A stretch of DNA of 63,093 nt, filler included, from Globobulimina sp. (GCA_003354225.1; 25 parts of 25 records of this genome joined end to end with filler, not necessarily neighbours in it), one strand, 5' to 3'. Positions 35,530 through 47,934 are shown, numbered from the whole stretch's first letter. Notes: generated by a model not told the origin, from the letters alone. Program-made: numbers and translations.

Positions 35530-35798
35530 ATTAGAAAAAGATCGAAAAAAAGCTTAAGATAAAGTTTTTTGGCAAAAGCACCAAACATATGGCAACGTCC
35601 ATAAACCTCATACACCAATCGTGATTTTTTGTTGTATACCGAGTATGTCAGTATGAAGAAGGTCCTAACATCTAGTTACCGCTTTTACAAAGTTTAGATA
35701 GATGTAGAATTCTACAAGTTGAGACAACGCCTTTGCAGCATTTGGCACAATTTGCTCAAAAAATTGCAGAAAATGCGTTATTTCTTCAAAATTCTCAC

Positions 35799-35879
35799 AA
35801 TGGACAATTTTTGAATGGACAATTTCGTTTTTGAATGGACAATTAAAGCATGGAATGTTTTTGAATGGACAATTTCGTA
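35799..35879. repeat. Short direct repeats TTTTTGAATGGACAATT (3 full copies + 1 partial)
   Basis: Copies at 35808, 35828 and 35858; partial at 35799. Confidence 0.85.
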
Positions 35880-36282
35880 TTTAATACTAACATATAAATT
35901 TGCTTATTTTGACCAGGAATATGAAAGCATTCCATTTTTTATTGTCATTACCTCCATCTTTCAAGTTATAAATATTTTGTTAATAATAATATTGTACTGC
36001 TTAATTGATGCAATGCAAATTGGTAGAAAATACAAAATTTGTTACGGAGTTATAGCGTTGTTCGTATCATCTATGCTAACAATTTATAATGCATTCACAG
36101 CACCAACTAATGATATATCCGTTATTCATATTACATCTGATATCTCAATATCTATATTGGATTCTTATACAACATCTATTCGTGTATTATGTATATTTTG
36201 GTGGGGACAAACTGTTAAACTTATTGCAAAACCAAACAAGTGTATTAATATTCAGTACTCACCATACATCAAATGGCGTTAA
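35880..36282 (+). pseudogene. 5'-truncated paralog of the membrane protein at 36463-37659
   Basis: SVIHITSDISISI...RVLCIFWWGQT....NKCINIQYSPYIKW aligns with SIVHITDSISISL...RIVAIFMWKQT....NRCILIKYSPVIRW. Homology stops at the repeats upstream. Confidence 0.55.
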
Positions 36283-36462
36283 GGCTTTAGGTCCGCTGTC
36301 TTGCACAAGAAATATATTGTTTTTATCCCTATTTATTTGTTGTCTGAACGTTTAATGCCAGCCATTTCGACCTATCTTGCAACTCTATGAACAAGATTGA
36401 AAAAATAGATCGATGTGGAAGTGTGCTACAATCCGACTCTTTTAACATACAATATTTCAGAT

Positions 36463-37659
36463 TCACAATTTCGTACTGTTGTTACTGTTGTCGCTATCAT
36501 TGCTATTACCCATTTGTAAATCTGTCAATTCAACTGTTTGATGATCATTAAGTTCAAATTCAATATCTTTCTCATTATCATTGGTTATTCCATCATCATT
36601 ACTGCTCTTCCTTAAGTTCCTTTTACTTTTATCAACGTCAAACCATCGTATAACTGGAGAATATTTTATTAAAATGCATCTATTCTTTTTCAAAATAGAT
36701 AATATCGTTTGTTTCCACATAAAAATAGCAACAATCCGGCTCGAACTTTCTATATAAGATATTAATGAGATTGATATTGAATCAGTAATATGAACAATTG
36801 AATCGTCACCGTTTGATTCAGCATATAGAGAAATGAAGAAAGCATTCAATGAATAAACAATGGATATGAAAACCCCTAAATATAATTTCATACATAATGG
36901 CAGCTGCAATGCATCCAACGAGGACCAAATCAAAATGACAAACAATCGAATAAATCCATATATTGCATCATATGTAAACCAAAATATATTCCTACGCGAT
37001 GTCTCAATATTTGTGCCGATATACTGTACATAAATAAACCTGGTCACAACAAATATAATCATATATATTACTTTAAACCAAAAATCAAAAGACTTTGTTA
37101 TCATTTTGAATGCTTTGATATTTACTGAGAGTAATAATAAAATGAGCCATGGAACAGTAACTAGCCACATAGCAAAAGCTGGGATAATAATAAAAAAATC
37201 TGCAATATATCCACGAAAAAATTGTAGAAAACCAACATTCATCAAAACAAACATTGGATACAAAAACATTTTATTGTATATGAAGTTATGTAGCAGTTTT
37301 GAGCCATAATATTCACCAAATAGAGAATGTAAATATGTGCTTTCTGTATTGAAATGGTACACCAATTCCTTGTCACTCGATGTTTCTAATGGTTTGTCTT
37401 TGCATTGTTTCTTGTAATTTGCCATTATTTCGTAGATTTGTTGTAATTGCAACTGAGTTAATGTTATTTCATCATTTGGTATGGTTGCACATAAATAATG
37501 AGACAAAATTACGTCGATTCCACCAATGATAGAGACAAGCTCAAGTGTATTTGGTGTATTTGTGTCACCATTTGCTATCAAATCTTTATGCAACTCATGA
37601 CACATTTCTGCAGTGACTGTTGCATTTAATTTTATTGAAACGTGTATTTGTTCTGACAT
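36463..37659 (-). CDS. Multi-pass membrane protein of unknown function
   Basis: 398-aa intronless ORF with about six TMs; a convergent paralog lies next to it. Confidence 0.75.
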   Translation of the reverse strand: MSEQIHVSIKLNATVTAEMCHELHKDLIANGDTNTPNTLELVSIIGGIDVILSHYLCATIPNDEITLTQLQLQQIYEIMANYKKQCKDKPLETSSDKELVYHFNTESTYLHSLFGEYYGSKLLHNFIYNKMFLYPMFVLMNVGFLQFFRGYIADFFIIIPAFAMWLVTVPWLILLLLSVNIKAFKMITKSFDFWFKVIYMIIFVVTRFIYVQYIGTNIETSRRNIFWFTYDAIYGFIRLFVILIWSSLDALQLPLCMKLYLGVFISIVYSLNAFFISLYAESNGDDSIVHITDSISISLISYIESSSRIVAIFMWKQTILSILKKNRCILIKYSPVIRWFDVDKSKRNLRKSSNDDGITNDNEKDIEFELNDHQTVELTDLQMGNSNDSDNSNNSTKL

Positions 37660-37926
37660 TAACAGCTAGAGAAAAAACTTTACTTTCATTCCAAAGCTTG
37701 AATCGTAAATATTGGCAACTAAATTTTAATTTAATTTTGGAATTTCACAGAAAAAAAAATTAGTCATCAAAAACAAAAAAATTGACTGATTTTCAAACAA
37801 TGTTACAAAAAATAAATATATTACTCNNNNNNNNNNNNNNNNNNNNNNNNNNNNNNNNNNNNNNNNNNNNTTAATTAATTAANNNNNNNNNNNNNNNNNN
37901 NNNNNNNNNNNNNNNNNNNNNNNNNN

Positions 37927-38537
37927 ACAGGAAAGAAATTGGCAAAAAAGAATTGTATTCGATACATTCAAAACGTGATTTATTAAATATGGTTTCTGCG
38001 TTTATTTATTGGATCTGTGATATAAATAATGCAGACAATAAATCGTATCCATTGGCAACAATTAGCAAACAAATATTAAATAAATATGGAAACGATAATA
38101 ATTATGTCAATATGTGCAAAGTAGTAAATATAATTTGTATGGATATGATTATGAAAGCAATTAATTATAAGCATGGATATAATGTATTTAATAAAATTAA
38201 GATATTATTAATGCTCGAATATAAATATTATAAACATAAAATTAACAATGTATCAAAAAAGAAAAGAATTGCAAATAAAAATGACATGGATAATATGCAT
38301 GAAATTTGGATTGAAGCATTATTGAATCAAACAAACACAGAATATGAAAATATGGAACATAAAACAAATAATGACAGTTTGAAAGCTTATAAAACAAAAT
38401 TTGCTGAAACAAGGGATTATATTTGCGATAAATATGGAAATCGAGCATTTAATGACTCTGTTTTTTTGTTAATGTGTGTTGAAACGTATTATAATAAAAA
38501 AATACAGAGTTTGCAACAATGTGTTGCTATTATATAA
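37927..38537 (+). CDS. Hypothetical protein, 5' partial
   Basis: About 200-codon ORF in very AT-rich DNA. Confidence 0.5.
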
Positions 38538-38641
38538 TTCTTGTCGGATTTAGTCATCGGACAAAAACATTTATTTAATCTGTTTTTATGTGCACTTTGT
38601 CAGCTTAACATCACCACCTAGCTACGTAACCATATCATAGA

Positions 38642-40187
38642 ATGACATCGAATGTCATAAAGCCCTTGGGAGAGACCGACGAAGTACAGTCGGATGATGT
38701 CATATTCGCAGACCGGTCACTAATAGGCGTGCCTTCCAAAGGGACCAACGGATTGCAGTCAGATGATATTGCAGCATCCACAGCCGTGCCTTTTAAAGGG
38801 AACACCGGAATCCAGTCAGAAGTATCGTTAACAATAAAACCAACAAGCATACCAGTTGCGATTGTAAATCTAGTTAAATCACAGTTAGGCGCAGGGATGT
38901 TATCACTACCCTGGGCATTTTCACTCGCTACGTTTATTCCAGCTTGCGTTGGTTTATTATTTACAGTGGTCTACTCATTCATAACCTGCATGTTTATTAT
39001 CAATGCCTGCGAAGTAACAAAGACTTTTGAATATTCGGCTTTGTTAAAATATGTCCATCCCGGCTGGGAAACTACGGCAGCATTCATTTTAATTTACGTG
39101 ACATACAGTTCCTGTTTAAGTTACGTCATATTAATTGGTGATTTTTTTACTGATGGTATACATGGTTTGCATCATTCTTTTGCCTTTAAATTTGACCGAG
39201 AGATATATATTGTCATCGTTACCTGCTGCACATTGTTACCATTATCCCTCTTAAAAGAATTTAAATCGTTAAAAGCAAGGTATGTTTGCATAAAAAATAT
39301 AGAAACAGTTTTGAATACATACAACGCAAAAAAAAAGTTCAATTATTGGAAATTTCTCGAATCTATATTGTGTTTTCTTAGCTATTGGTTATACTGTTTA
39401 TGTTACTTTTTTTCAAAAATCGCATTCAGTCAACGGAGACTTTTCATGGAATGATTGGGATTTTAATATATTAATTGTCATTAATATGGGAGCAAAAGCT
39501 TATGCGTCGCAGTATGCAGTACCTCCAATGTACGAACAGTTGAAAGATAGGACGGTGGGTAAAATGCGTGTTGTTACATTTTGCGCATTTTGTATTTCAA
39601 GTTGTATTTACTTTTCGTTTGCATTTTGTGGTTATTATCTATATGGAAACGATACGGAAGGTGACGTATTGCTTAATTATCCATCGACGAATGTATTGTT
39701 CATTGTGGCAAGATTTGCGATGGGAATTAGTATCATTGGCTGTTATCCATTGATTTTTAAAGCATTGTTTCAGTGCGTTGAAGATAAGTTTTTTAGTTAC
39801 GAAAAGGGTGCAAAATATAATTTTGTGGAGAACCCAAAGGTGCGCGTGCTTACCATTAGTTTTATTGTGTTGAGTATGATGGTAATTGCTCTTTTTGTGA
39901 AAGATGTTGGTCCGGTTTCGAGCATTGAAGGTGCGGTGACTGTGTTGGGATTAATGTGCGTGTTTCCACTTTTGGTTGCATGGAAAATTGGAAATGCTGG
40001 ACGGTTAAATAAGAGACAGGATGATTATCAGATTGTTAATGTGGTGGGTCAGGTGGTGGAAAATAGTGATGATGAAAAGAAATTGAATAAGCGTGAATAT
40101 AATGTGGCTTATTTGGGAACTTTGTTGTTTCTTGGCGTGGTTTTAGGAGTGGCAGGGATTGTATTGCAACTTGTATTGTTGGGATAG
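38642..40187 (+). CDS. Amino-acid transporter, AAAP/SLC38 family, 2 exons
   Basis: NLVKSQLGAGMLSLPWAF, AYASQYAVPPMY, GYYLYGNDTEGDVLLNYP. Intron 39280-39337 restores the frame. Confidence 0.92.
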
Positions 40188-40703
40188 TGTATTTTATGAT
40201 TTGTGCATATGTTCAATTTTTATAATATTCTTTTTTTTTATCAAAAAAAACGCCAATAAAACTGTTTTATTTTTTACCAACCTAAGCCTCCAAACTTTAA
40301 GTGTTTCAAAAAATAGAAACGAAAAACACTTTTTTGTACGTGTGATAAAAGTCNNNNNNNNNNNNNNNNNNNNNNNNNNNNNNNNNNNNNNNNNNNNTTA
40401 ATTAATTAANNNNNNNNNNNNNNNNNNNNNNNNNNNNNNNNNNNNNNNNNNNNCCGTAGGATTCGAACCTACATCCATTTGGTTTGCTTTCCATTCATTT
40501 GTAGCATTTTCCATTTTTGAAAAAGCAAATCTGGAGAGGTGATTTTTAGATTGCTTTAAATCTGTTTCATATGAATTTAATACTAAATTGGGTTAAATTC
40601 ATTAATGGGAGACCGATTTAAAGTTGGCAGACTAAAGCGGAAGTGACATGTAATTGAACTTTTAAGTTATAGCTCACAGAAAAAAGTTAGTTAGCAGGAG
40701 TCT

Positions 40704-41358
40704 AATGTTTTCACAGATCTGACAATTAACTGATAGACAGAAAACCATGATCAAAACCTTGAAAACGTTTCTGTCTGCAGCAGGACAAAAGAATCGCAGA
40801 GTTTCAAAATCCCAAAAGTATATGGATCCTAAAACATGAACGACAATGATTATGAAAATTAGTATAAAGGTCGTCGAGCCGTTTTTTGAACTCAACTTGA
40901 GAGCCGGCCTACACAAGTTAAATAGTCGCCTAAATAGTTGCACATGTTTCCTAAATAGTTGCTTTGTATTGAAATAGTCACTAAATAGTTGCCCATTTTC
41001 GTTTTTGTCACTAAATAGTCGCAAATAGTCACTAAATAGTCACATAGTGACTAATTAACTTGTGTAGGCTCCAACTTGAGTCAAAAAAAATCAAAAAAAA
41101 TGTAAGAGTTACCAATCTGTTAGAAACCAGGACTTCAAAAAACGGTGCATTAATTCAACCTTGGTGCAGTAACAATGTATAACCATTGTATGATATTTTT
41201 TTTAAAGGGGATCCCGTCCGAAATAATGGATACCCCCCATATACTTTTGGGATTTTGAAACTCTGCGATTCTTTTGTCATGCTGCAGACAGAAACGTTTT
41301 CAAGGTTTTGATCATGGTTTTCTGTCTATCAGTTAATTGTCAGATCTGTGAAAACATT
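40704..41358. mobile_element. Non-autonomous DNA transposon with 122-bp terminal inverted repeats
   Basis: 40704-40825 is the reverse complement of 41237-41358 with one mismatch seen; no transposase inside. Confidence 0.8.
40901..41071. mobile_element. Nested MITE with 8-bp target-site duplication
   Basis: TIRs GAGCC(ggcc)TACACAAGTTA / TAACTTGTGTAGGCTC, flanked by CAACTTGA at 40893-40900 and 41072-41079. Interior is rich in AAATAGT(C/T) repeats. Confidence 0.85.
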
Positions 41359-41460
41359 TCAAGCAATCTCGTATTGTTTTTCAGTTTTCGTTCTTAGTTC
41401 AGTTTTCGTTTATCCTAGCAACATATCCCACTTTATCGTTGCACAAAAGGTCGCAAAAGC

Positions 41461-42880
41461 ATGCATTCAACAGCGATATTGTCGTTTTATTTATTCATTC
41501 AAAGTCATTTTCTGGTGAATGTAATTCGATGCAGCCCAAATATTATATTTATCATAGGGGACGATCATGGAATAAATGATATGATGTCTGAAACAACGGA
41601 CACATTGACCCCAAATATCAATAGATTGGCATCTCAAGGAGTAATATTAAGCCATTACTATGTTCAAAACCAATGCAGTCCATCGCGCTCTGCTTTTATG
41701 AGTTCAGTCACAGAATAAATATATAATATATGATAAATAATTACATAATTAATTAGGTGGCAGACTACCATATCGTATAAATATGCAAATGACACTAAAA
41801 GAACAAGCAGCACTCTCTTTAACCCGCCAAGTTTCATTAATTTCGGAAGAATTCAAAGCTGGCGGTTACGACACTCACGCCATTGGGTATTATATTATAT
41901 TATACTTTATTTTTTATAAAAGATCGAAGCAGTTTCTATGACGTCCACTCCACTTTAACATCGACAAACATTCAAATTACTTTAGAATACTACATTTTTG
42001 AAACACCGCGTGTTCCAAACAGGTCCTATTCTAAAGTAAGCTCATATGCACATCTTTGTCATTAAAATCTATAAAATTGGCAACATTCAGTGACAAACAA
42101 CGAAAAACCACACTTTCCAAACAACATTTATATACATATACACATTTATACACATATACACAGTAAATGGCATCAAGGATATCAATCTATGGAATATACG
42201 CCGACATTTCGAGGATATGATACATTTTATGGGTATTACAATTCTGAAGTTGATTATTTCACTTCCACTGCGGAGACAGTACTCGATGGCGTAAATTATG
42301 AGTTTGGCGATGTGAGGATTAATTTAGAGACAGTAACACTGGATGGGGATGAAGCGGATTACAGCATTTACAGATTTCGAGACAGAGCGGAGGAAATCAT
42401 TAATGATTATGCAGATTGTGGAGCTGAAACATGTTCGCCATTCTTTCTTTATTTGGCCTTCCAAAGCAGCCACACTCCATCACAGGCTCCTGGCAAATAT
42501 ATTGACATATATGACGTCCCTAATGATCAGATAATTAAAACAGAAAAAAGAATCTGTAATCAGGCACAAACCACCTCTATGGACGATGCTATCGGTGACA
42601 TAGTGACAGTGTTAAAAGCAAACAACATGTGGCATAATACATTGTTGGTATTTAGCAGTGATAATGGCGCGGACTTTAGTAGTGGCGATAACTTTCCTTT
42701 ACGTGGTCAGAAACGAACTCAGTTTGAAGGTGGTTATCGTGTGCCGGCGTTTATAAATGGAGGCTATTTGAGTGATGATGTGAGAGGGACCACATTTGGC
42801 AGTGATGATAGTTTTGTTCATATCATTGATTGGTATCCCACATTATTGGAAGCAGCAGGCATTGATATATCGTATGCGAA
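41461..42880 (+). CDS. Arylsulfatase (ARSB-like), 3 exons, 3' partial
   Basis: Signal peptide, PNIIFIIGDDHG, CSPSR (formylglycine motif), GKWH, SSDNG and FEGGYRVPAF. Introns 41702-41756 and 41887-42163. Confidence 0.93.
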
Positions 42881-43095
42881 NNNNNNNNNNNNNNNNNNNN
42901 NNNNNNNNNNNNNNNNNNNNNNNNTTAATTAATTAANNNNNNNNNNNNNNNNNNNNNNNNNNNNNNNNNNNNNNNNNNNNTCTCAACTGTCTGGTTAAAA
43001 GCGTTATGCAGCACGCCATGTTCTTTATATTTTTCGTATGCTTCCGGCTTCTCTTTATGGGAGTCAAGGGGTGGAGTATATTTTTCATGGTGGCC

Positions 43096-45407
43096 TCAGT
43101 GATATTCAGTGTGAAACTGATCCTCTTCGTTACCACTGCTAAATGCACTCGTTATATCTAATAAATTGTGGTTTGAATCTGAGTCATACATTGTTTGTGT
43201 AAATGGCTGTGATTCGTTTTTGCATTTTGGTGTTTGTGGTAGTTCAGAATCAGTAAATTGATCGACAAATACATCGAGTTCATCAAAGGATGGATTGATT
43301 GTAAATGTTTTAATTTTTGGCTGGAAATTGATTTTCATTTTTTCCATTGTATTTGGTGAGCCTTTTTGCATTGATTTAGATTTAAACATTCCAGGCCGAG
43401 GATCCATAGCGTTTCTGGTTTTGGTGGGTGTTATGGTGATTGTTGTGGTCGGTGTATTTGGTGCATTGTTTGTAGAAATATGTGGCAATGTTTCCAGATT
43501 ATTTGTTGGTGATTGGGGCGCTGACGATGTCACTTTCAAACTTTGCGGTTTCAAAACCGGTTTTTTGTCGAAGTGCGTATGCGTTTGCAATGTGGATCCA
43601 ATATAATTGTTTGTAACAGTTTTTGACTGTGAATTTTGTGTAAATGGAAAATTGAATATTTCATCGCCAGTTTCCAGTTTAAAGGCTTTTTGTGGTGATT
43701 TATTCGATTTTGATGGCGAATTTAATCCATTTTCAAATATATTGTTCAATATCTCTTCATCCACAATGTCATTTGACTGATTATTTCCATTTATTGTCGC
43801 TTCATCGTCTTCTGTCATTATATCACAATTACTCATACAGTCGATATCAGCGCTCATTCCCATTGCCAAATTATCTAAAAAATGTAGTATCAAACTTGAA
43901 AAGATTATATTTCAAACAGTTTCAAACTCAAATATCGTAGTTTCAGTTTGCAAACAATTTCCAGAACAAAACATACATTGTTGCGAATTCAGAGACTTTT
44001 CATTAATAACCGCATCCAAGAAATCCACAGCAACATTCTCCATATTTTGCACATTCCCGCTTTGAATCTGAGCCATTTGCACCGTCTCACTGTTTTCCAA
44101 CGCATCACCACCATTTCCACCACCATCCAACTCGTCAAATTTGTCCATCTCAATCATATCCATGCATATATTATCAGCATTCTCCTCCTCTTTCACTTCC
44201 ATCACATCCACCATATTATCATTATTATCATCGCCAGTTTCAAACTCATCCATCGCCATAAATGCATCTCCCAGCTCATTCTCAGACGAATTCAATAAAA
44301 ATGCATCAAATAATTCATCAATAATATCAAAGTCTTCCTCGTTGATAGTTTCGTGAATTCCCATCACTTTTCCACCCATACCCTCCTCATCCATGTCAAT
44401 GGTATCATGTATATCGATGCTGCTCCATTTATTCAGTCCATTCGCTGTCATATTCAGTGGGATATTTGCATATTTTTGCGTCGCTTTGCGGTTCACATTA
44501 TTGGCAAACTCCATATTGTCCTCAGATGATAAACGTGTGAACAAATTCGCATTGATATTGGTGCCATGTCGGCCATGCGACAGTTGCCGTATTAACTGAA
44601 TGTCAGCGGGGTCAAAGGCGATTTCTTCCGTATCTGCCCGCCGGTGATAATGAGTGTTTTTGCGTCGTTTTCTTGACGTATTTAAATCCCATAGCTTTGT
44701 CGATTTGGCCCATTTACGCCAATGGTTTGTAAGGCGTTGTTGGATGATCTTGGAGTACAACAAAAGTGTGTTTGCCATGATCATTATGATGCAAAATTTG
44801 AATATGATCGCTAGCCAACGGATGTTGCGCAGAAATACGGATTTACTGGCACTTACGAGGAGGTATATGATGGTTCCTTGAGTGTGTTGTTTGAGGTAAT
44901 GGAGATATTTCAAACTGAAAATAGTAGCTTATGTCACAAACCTTGAATGAAATAGGATGTACTTAATACTATTCCGGATCCGAGCAGGCGACGACAGACA
45001 GAGCGATCAGTGGTAATTCCTGATAAATTGGATGTTTTTAGTACCCGTTTCATTAATAAATACGCGACAGAAATAAATGAAATTGACATTAAAATGCAAT
45101 ATGAAGCCACTATATACATTATGATGGCATATATTATGTTGATTAAGTAATTATTTTCATTAAAAGAGAGGATGATGAATGATGTTAATAAGCTTATAAA
45201 TGAGATTATTGATAGAGAGACCATAAACCATTTACAACAAACTAGCCATCCTTCGGTGACACCGACTGAAAAATATATTTTTATCCATTGAAATATTATG
45301 AAATTTGTGATAAATAATTCAAAATGGGCGGGGATACAAAATATTAGTAATATTTTGAGGTTCTTATTGCTGCGGTTTGCGTTATGTTGGATTGAATGTA
45401 ATTGTGT
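43096..45407 (-). CDS. Multi-pass (GPCR-like) membrane protein with long acidic/low-complexity tail, at least 3 exons, 5' partial
   Basis: ORFs 44934-45224, 43912-44913 and 43096-43893 join through introns 44877-44941 and 43875-43976. Confidence 0.65.
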
Positions 45408-46468
45408 NNNNNNNNNNNNNNNNNNNNNNNNNNNNNNNNNNNNNNNNNNNNTTAATTAATTAANNNNNNNNNNNNNNNNNNNNNNNNNNNNNNNNNNNNN
45501 NNNNNNNAAAGTTGGTATGCCCTTTGTTTGAGAAATTCTTAGATAATACGAATTTGTAGCTTTAATAACAATTGTTTTGAAGAGATTTATATTGATTTAA
45601 TTGAAAAATAAGTTTATACATTATTTTGACATTGCGAATATGCGCATATTAACTGTACAATGCAATATTTGCAATTTAATTAAAAAAATTATTCGATGCT
45701 TAATACAATTTATTCAATTCTTACAATAATTAATTGATGGCATGCGTTTAATGTGAAAAGGATGGAATCTTTGATAGCAGATCCATTCACTATAAACATA
45801 AACGCGTTTTTACATATTTTTAATCAATTTATTTGATGAATAATCATTAGTTACACGGACAATTTGTTATTGCGAATATACGTAAAACACATACTATAAA
45901 ATCACATTGAATAAATTCATTCTGTTTTAATAAATATTATTATCGGTTTATCATTGGTTTGGATAGGATATGACTTGAATAACAACAAAACATATTCAAT
46001 TATTTACAATATATAAATTAATTAAAGCTTGCATAGATAGCAGAGGCTAATAGTAATTATAATGCGCGATAATGCGCCACTTTAATAACCATTATATAAT
46101 CAATTCCCCGCTCCACGGTCCACCTAAACTATTTTCATTCACCCACGTAAATATAACTGCATTACACTTGATTAAAACTTTGATAAAAACGAGCATTTTT
46201 TGATATTATACCAATCGTCTAAACCCCAGCAACACCAATCGATCCTCTTATGTGCAGCATAATACAGGAGAACGCTGCATCCGCTTATCACCAGCAATTG
46301 AGAGGCATATCAACGGGTGATACATATCGTTTTGCACTCGTTGAAAATGACGAGGGGATGGTTAGTTTAGTGGGGTAGAGGGAAAATTGATTCTTAAAGT
46401 TTTGAAGAGTTATACCCTCACTTTAAGAAAATTTTCATCTAAAAAATAAATATATAGCTCCACTACTC

Positions 46469-47515
46469 ATGTCAGAAAACAAAAGACATTCGTACATATT
46501 GTATGGAGCAAATGGATCGCCGTATTCATGCAAAATTCGTTCGTTTTTACGTTATAAACGAATTCCATTCCAATGGACACCTTCCACGTTTGCCATGGGA
46601 ATATGGCCAAAACAATTCCAGCATATTAAACCCAAAGTAATACCAGTGCTTGAATTCCCTAATGGATTCTCGATGAATGAATCTACCAAAATAATTAAAA
46701 AAATTGAAGAAACTCATCCACAGAGATCAGTACTTATAAATAAAAAATGCTATCAATTTATAGCTGATTTATTGGAAGATTATGCAGACGAATGGTGCTC
46801 AAAATTAGTGTATGGCATTAGATGGAATAGGCAGATTGACCAAGATTTTAGTTCTAAATATATTACTTACACGGCGCCATTTAATATGCGAGATTTTGCT
46901 GCAAACGCTGCTAAAATGCGGCAGGTAGACCGTAGGGAAATAGTTGGCTGTGATGATGACGCTGAAATTCATGAGTCGTTACGAGAAACTTGTGATATTT
47001 TTGAAGAACATTTAAAATCAAATTATTTTTTATTTGGTAATGTGCCAAGCAATGCAGACTTTGCATTTTATGGACAAATTGGTCAGTTTCGTGTTGATTG
47101 TACTTCTGATAAAATATTACGAGAGAGATATCCGATGCTATTCTGTTGGTTGTATAAAATGGACGATTTATCTGGAATTAAATATGTTGATAACAAATTG
47201 CAAACATTTAAGATATCCAATGCAGCTATAAAATTGTTAGAGCTTTGCGGTAATGTTTATTTACCATTTTTACATTCAAATTATGATGGTTTGCTGAAAG
47301 GAAATAAGATGTTTAATGTGGATGTGGTGATAAATGGCAAGACATTTAATCATAAACAAAAAGTATTTAAATGGCAAGGAAAGTGTTTGTTGACATTAAG
47401 GGAACAATTTAATGCATTGAGGAATGAGAATGGATTTGATGAATTAAGACATATTTTAAAGAAAACACATTGTTGGGATGTCTTAAATGGTGATAATATG
47501 AAGTCAAAATTATAA
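46469..47515 (+). CDS. Glutathione S-transferase family protein with C-terminal PTS1 (SKL)
   Basis: SPYSCKIRSFLRYKRIP, IPVL..P, ESTKII, YADEW and FLFGNVPSNADFAFYGQ; ends MKSKL. Confidence 0.88.
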   Translation: MSENKRHSYILYGANGSPYSCKIRSFLRYKRIPFQWTPSTFAMGIWPKQFQHIKPKVIPVLEFPNGFSMNESTKIIKKIEETHPQRSVLINKKCYQFIADLLEDYADEWCSKLVYGIRWNRQIDQDFSSKYITYTAPFNMRDFAANAAKMRQVDRREIVGCDDDAEIHESLRETCDIFEEHLKSNYFLFGNVPSNADFAFYGQIGQFRVDCTSDKILRERYPMLFCWLYKMDDLSGIKYVDNKLQTFKISNAAIKLLELCGNVYLPFLHSNYDGLLKGNKMFNVDVVINGKTFNHKQKVFKWQGKCLLTLREQFNALRNENGFDELRHILKKTHCWDVLNGDNMKSKL

Positions 47516-47630
47516 TGATTTGCGGATTTGAGGATTTCAAAGCTATTTATGTTTCAAATTAATAGTGTATATTATGCATGTGATGTGAGATAAACTTGTC
47601 ATTATTTATGTATTTGCGTATATGCAATGT

Positions 47631-47934
47631 TCATGGTCCAAATAATTTGATAAGCTCTTGATTATGCGGGTTCATTGAAGGCAACCACCCAGGAAAGAGT
47701 TGCAAAGTCCAATTCCAAGTCATTGCGGTCGACACGGCGTTGGATAGCTGATTGGGATGAAATCCATCAACCGGTTCAATTAATTGCCACACTTCACCTC
47801 CCATTTCTTGCCAACTATCTGTTATATTTTGTAGCCAATCTATGTAAATTATTGATATATTTTCAAATGTTGTGTTTGCAATCAATCCCCATAAAATCAT
47901 CGAGAAATATGAATCAACGGTATGAAGCCGAGAT
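47631..47934 (-). CDS. AOAH: Acyloxyacyl hydrolase-like protein, C-terminal fragment
   Basis: WQLIEPVDGFHPNQ and NPHNQELIKLFG match the AOAH C-terminus (catalytic DxxH of the SGNH family). Confidence 0.85.

Noticed and set aside
40454-40475. tRNA gene on the minus strand (GTAGG-TTCGAAT-CCTAC T-arm)
   Set aside because: Only a T-arm-like hairpin at the contig edge; no convincing D or anticodon arm. It could be a tRNA-derived repeat fragment.
40674-41024. 116-aa ORF as a transposase
   Set aside because: It runs through TIR and repeat sequence and shows no DDE-like features.
40915-41055. CRISPR-like array of AAATAGT repeats
   Set aside because: Repeats are short and irregularly spaced, and sit inside a TIR/TSD-bounded element; there are no cas genes.
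46160-46180. U2 snRNA-like ATCAAGTGTA on the minus strand
   Set aside because: The branch-pairing GTAGTA and the rest of U2 are absent.
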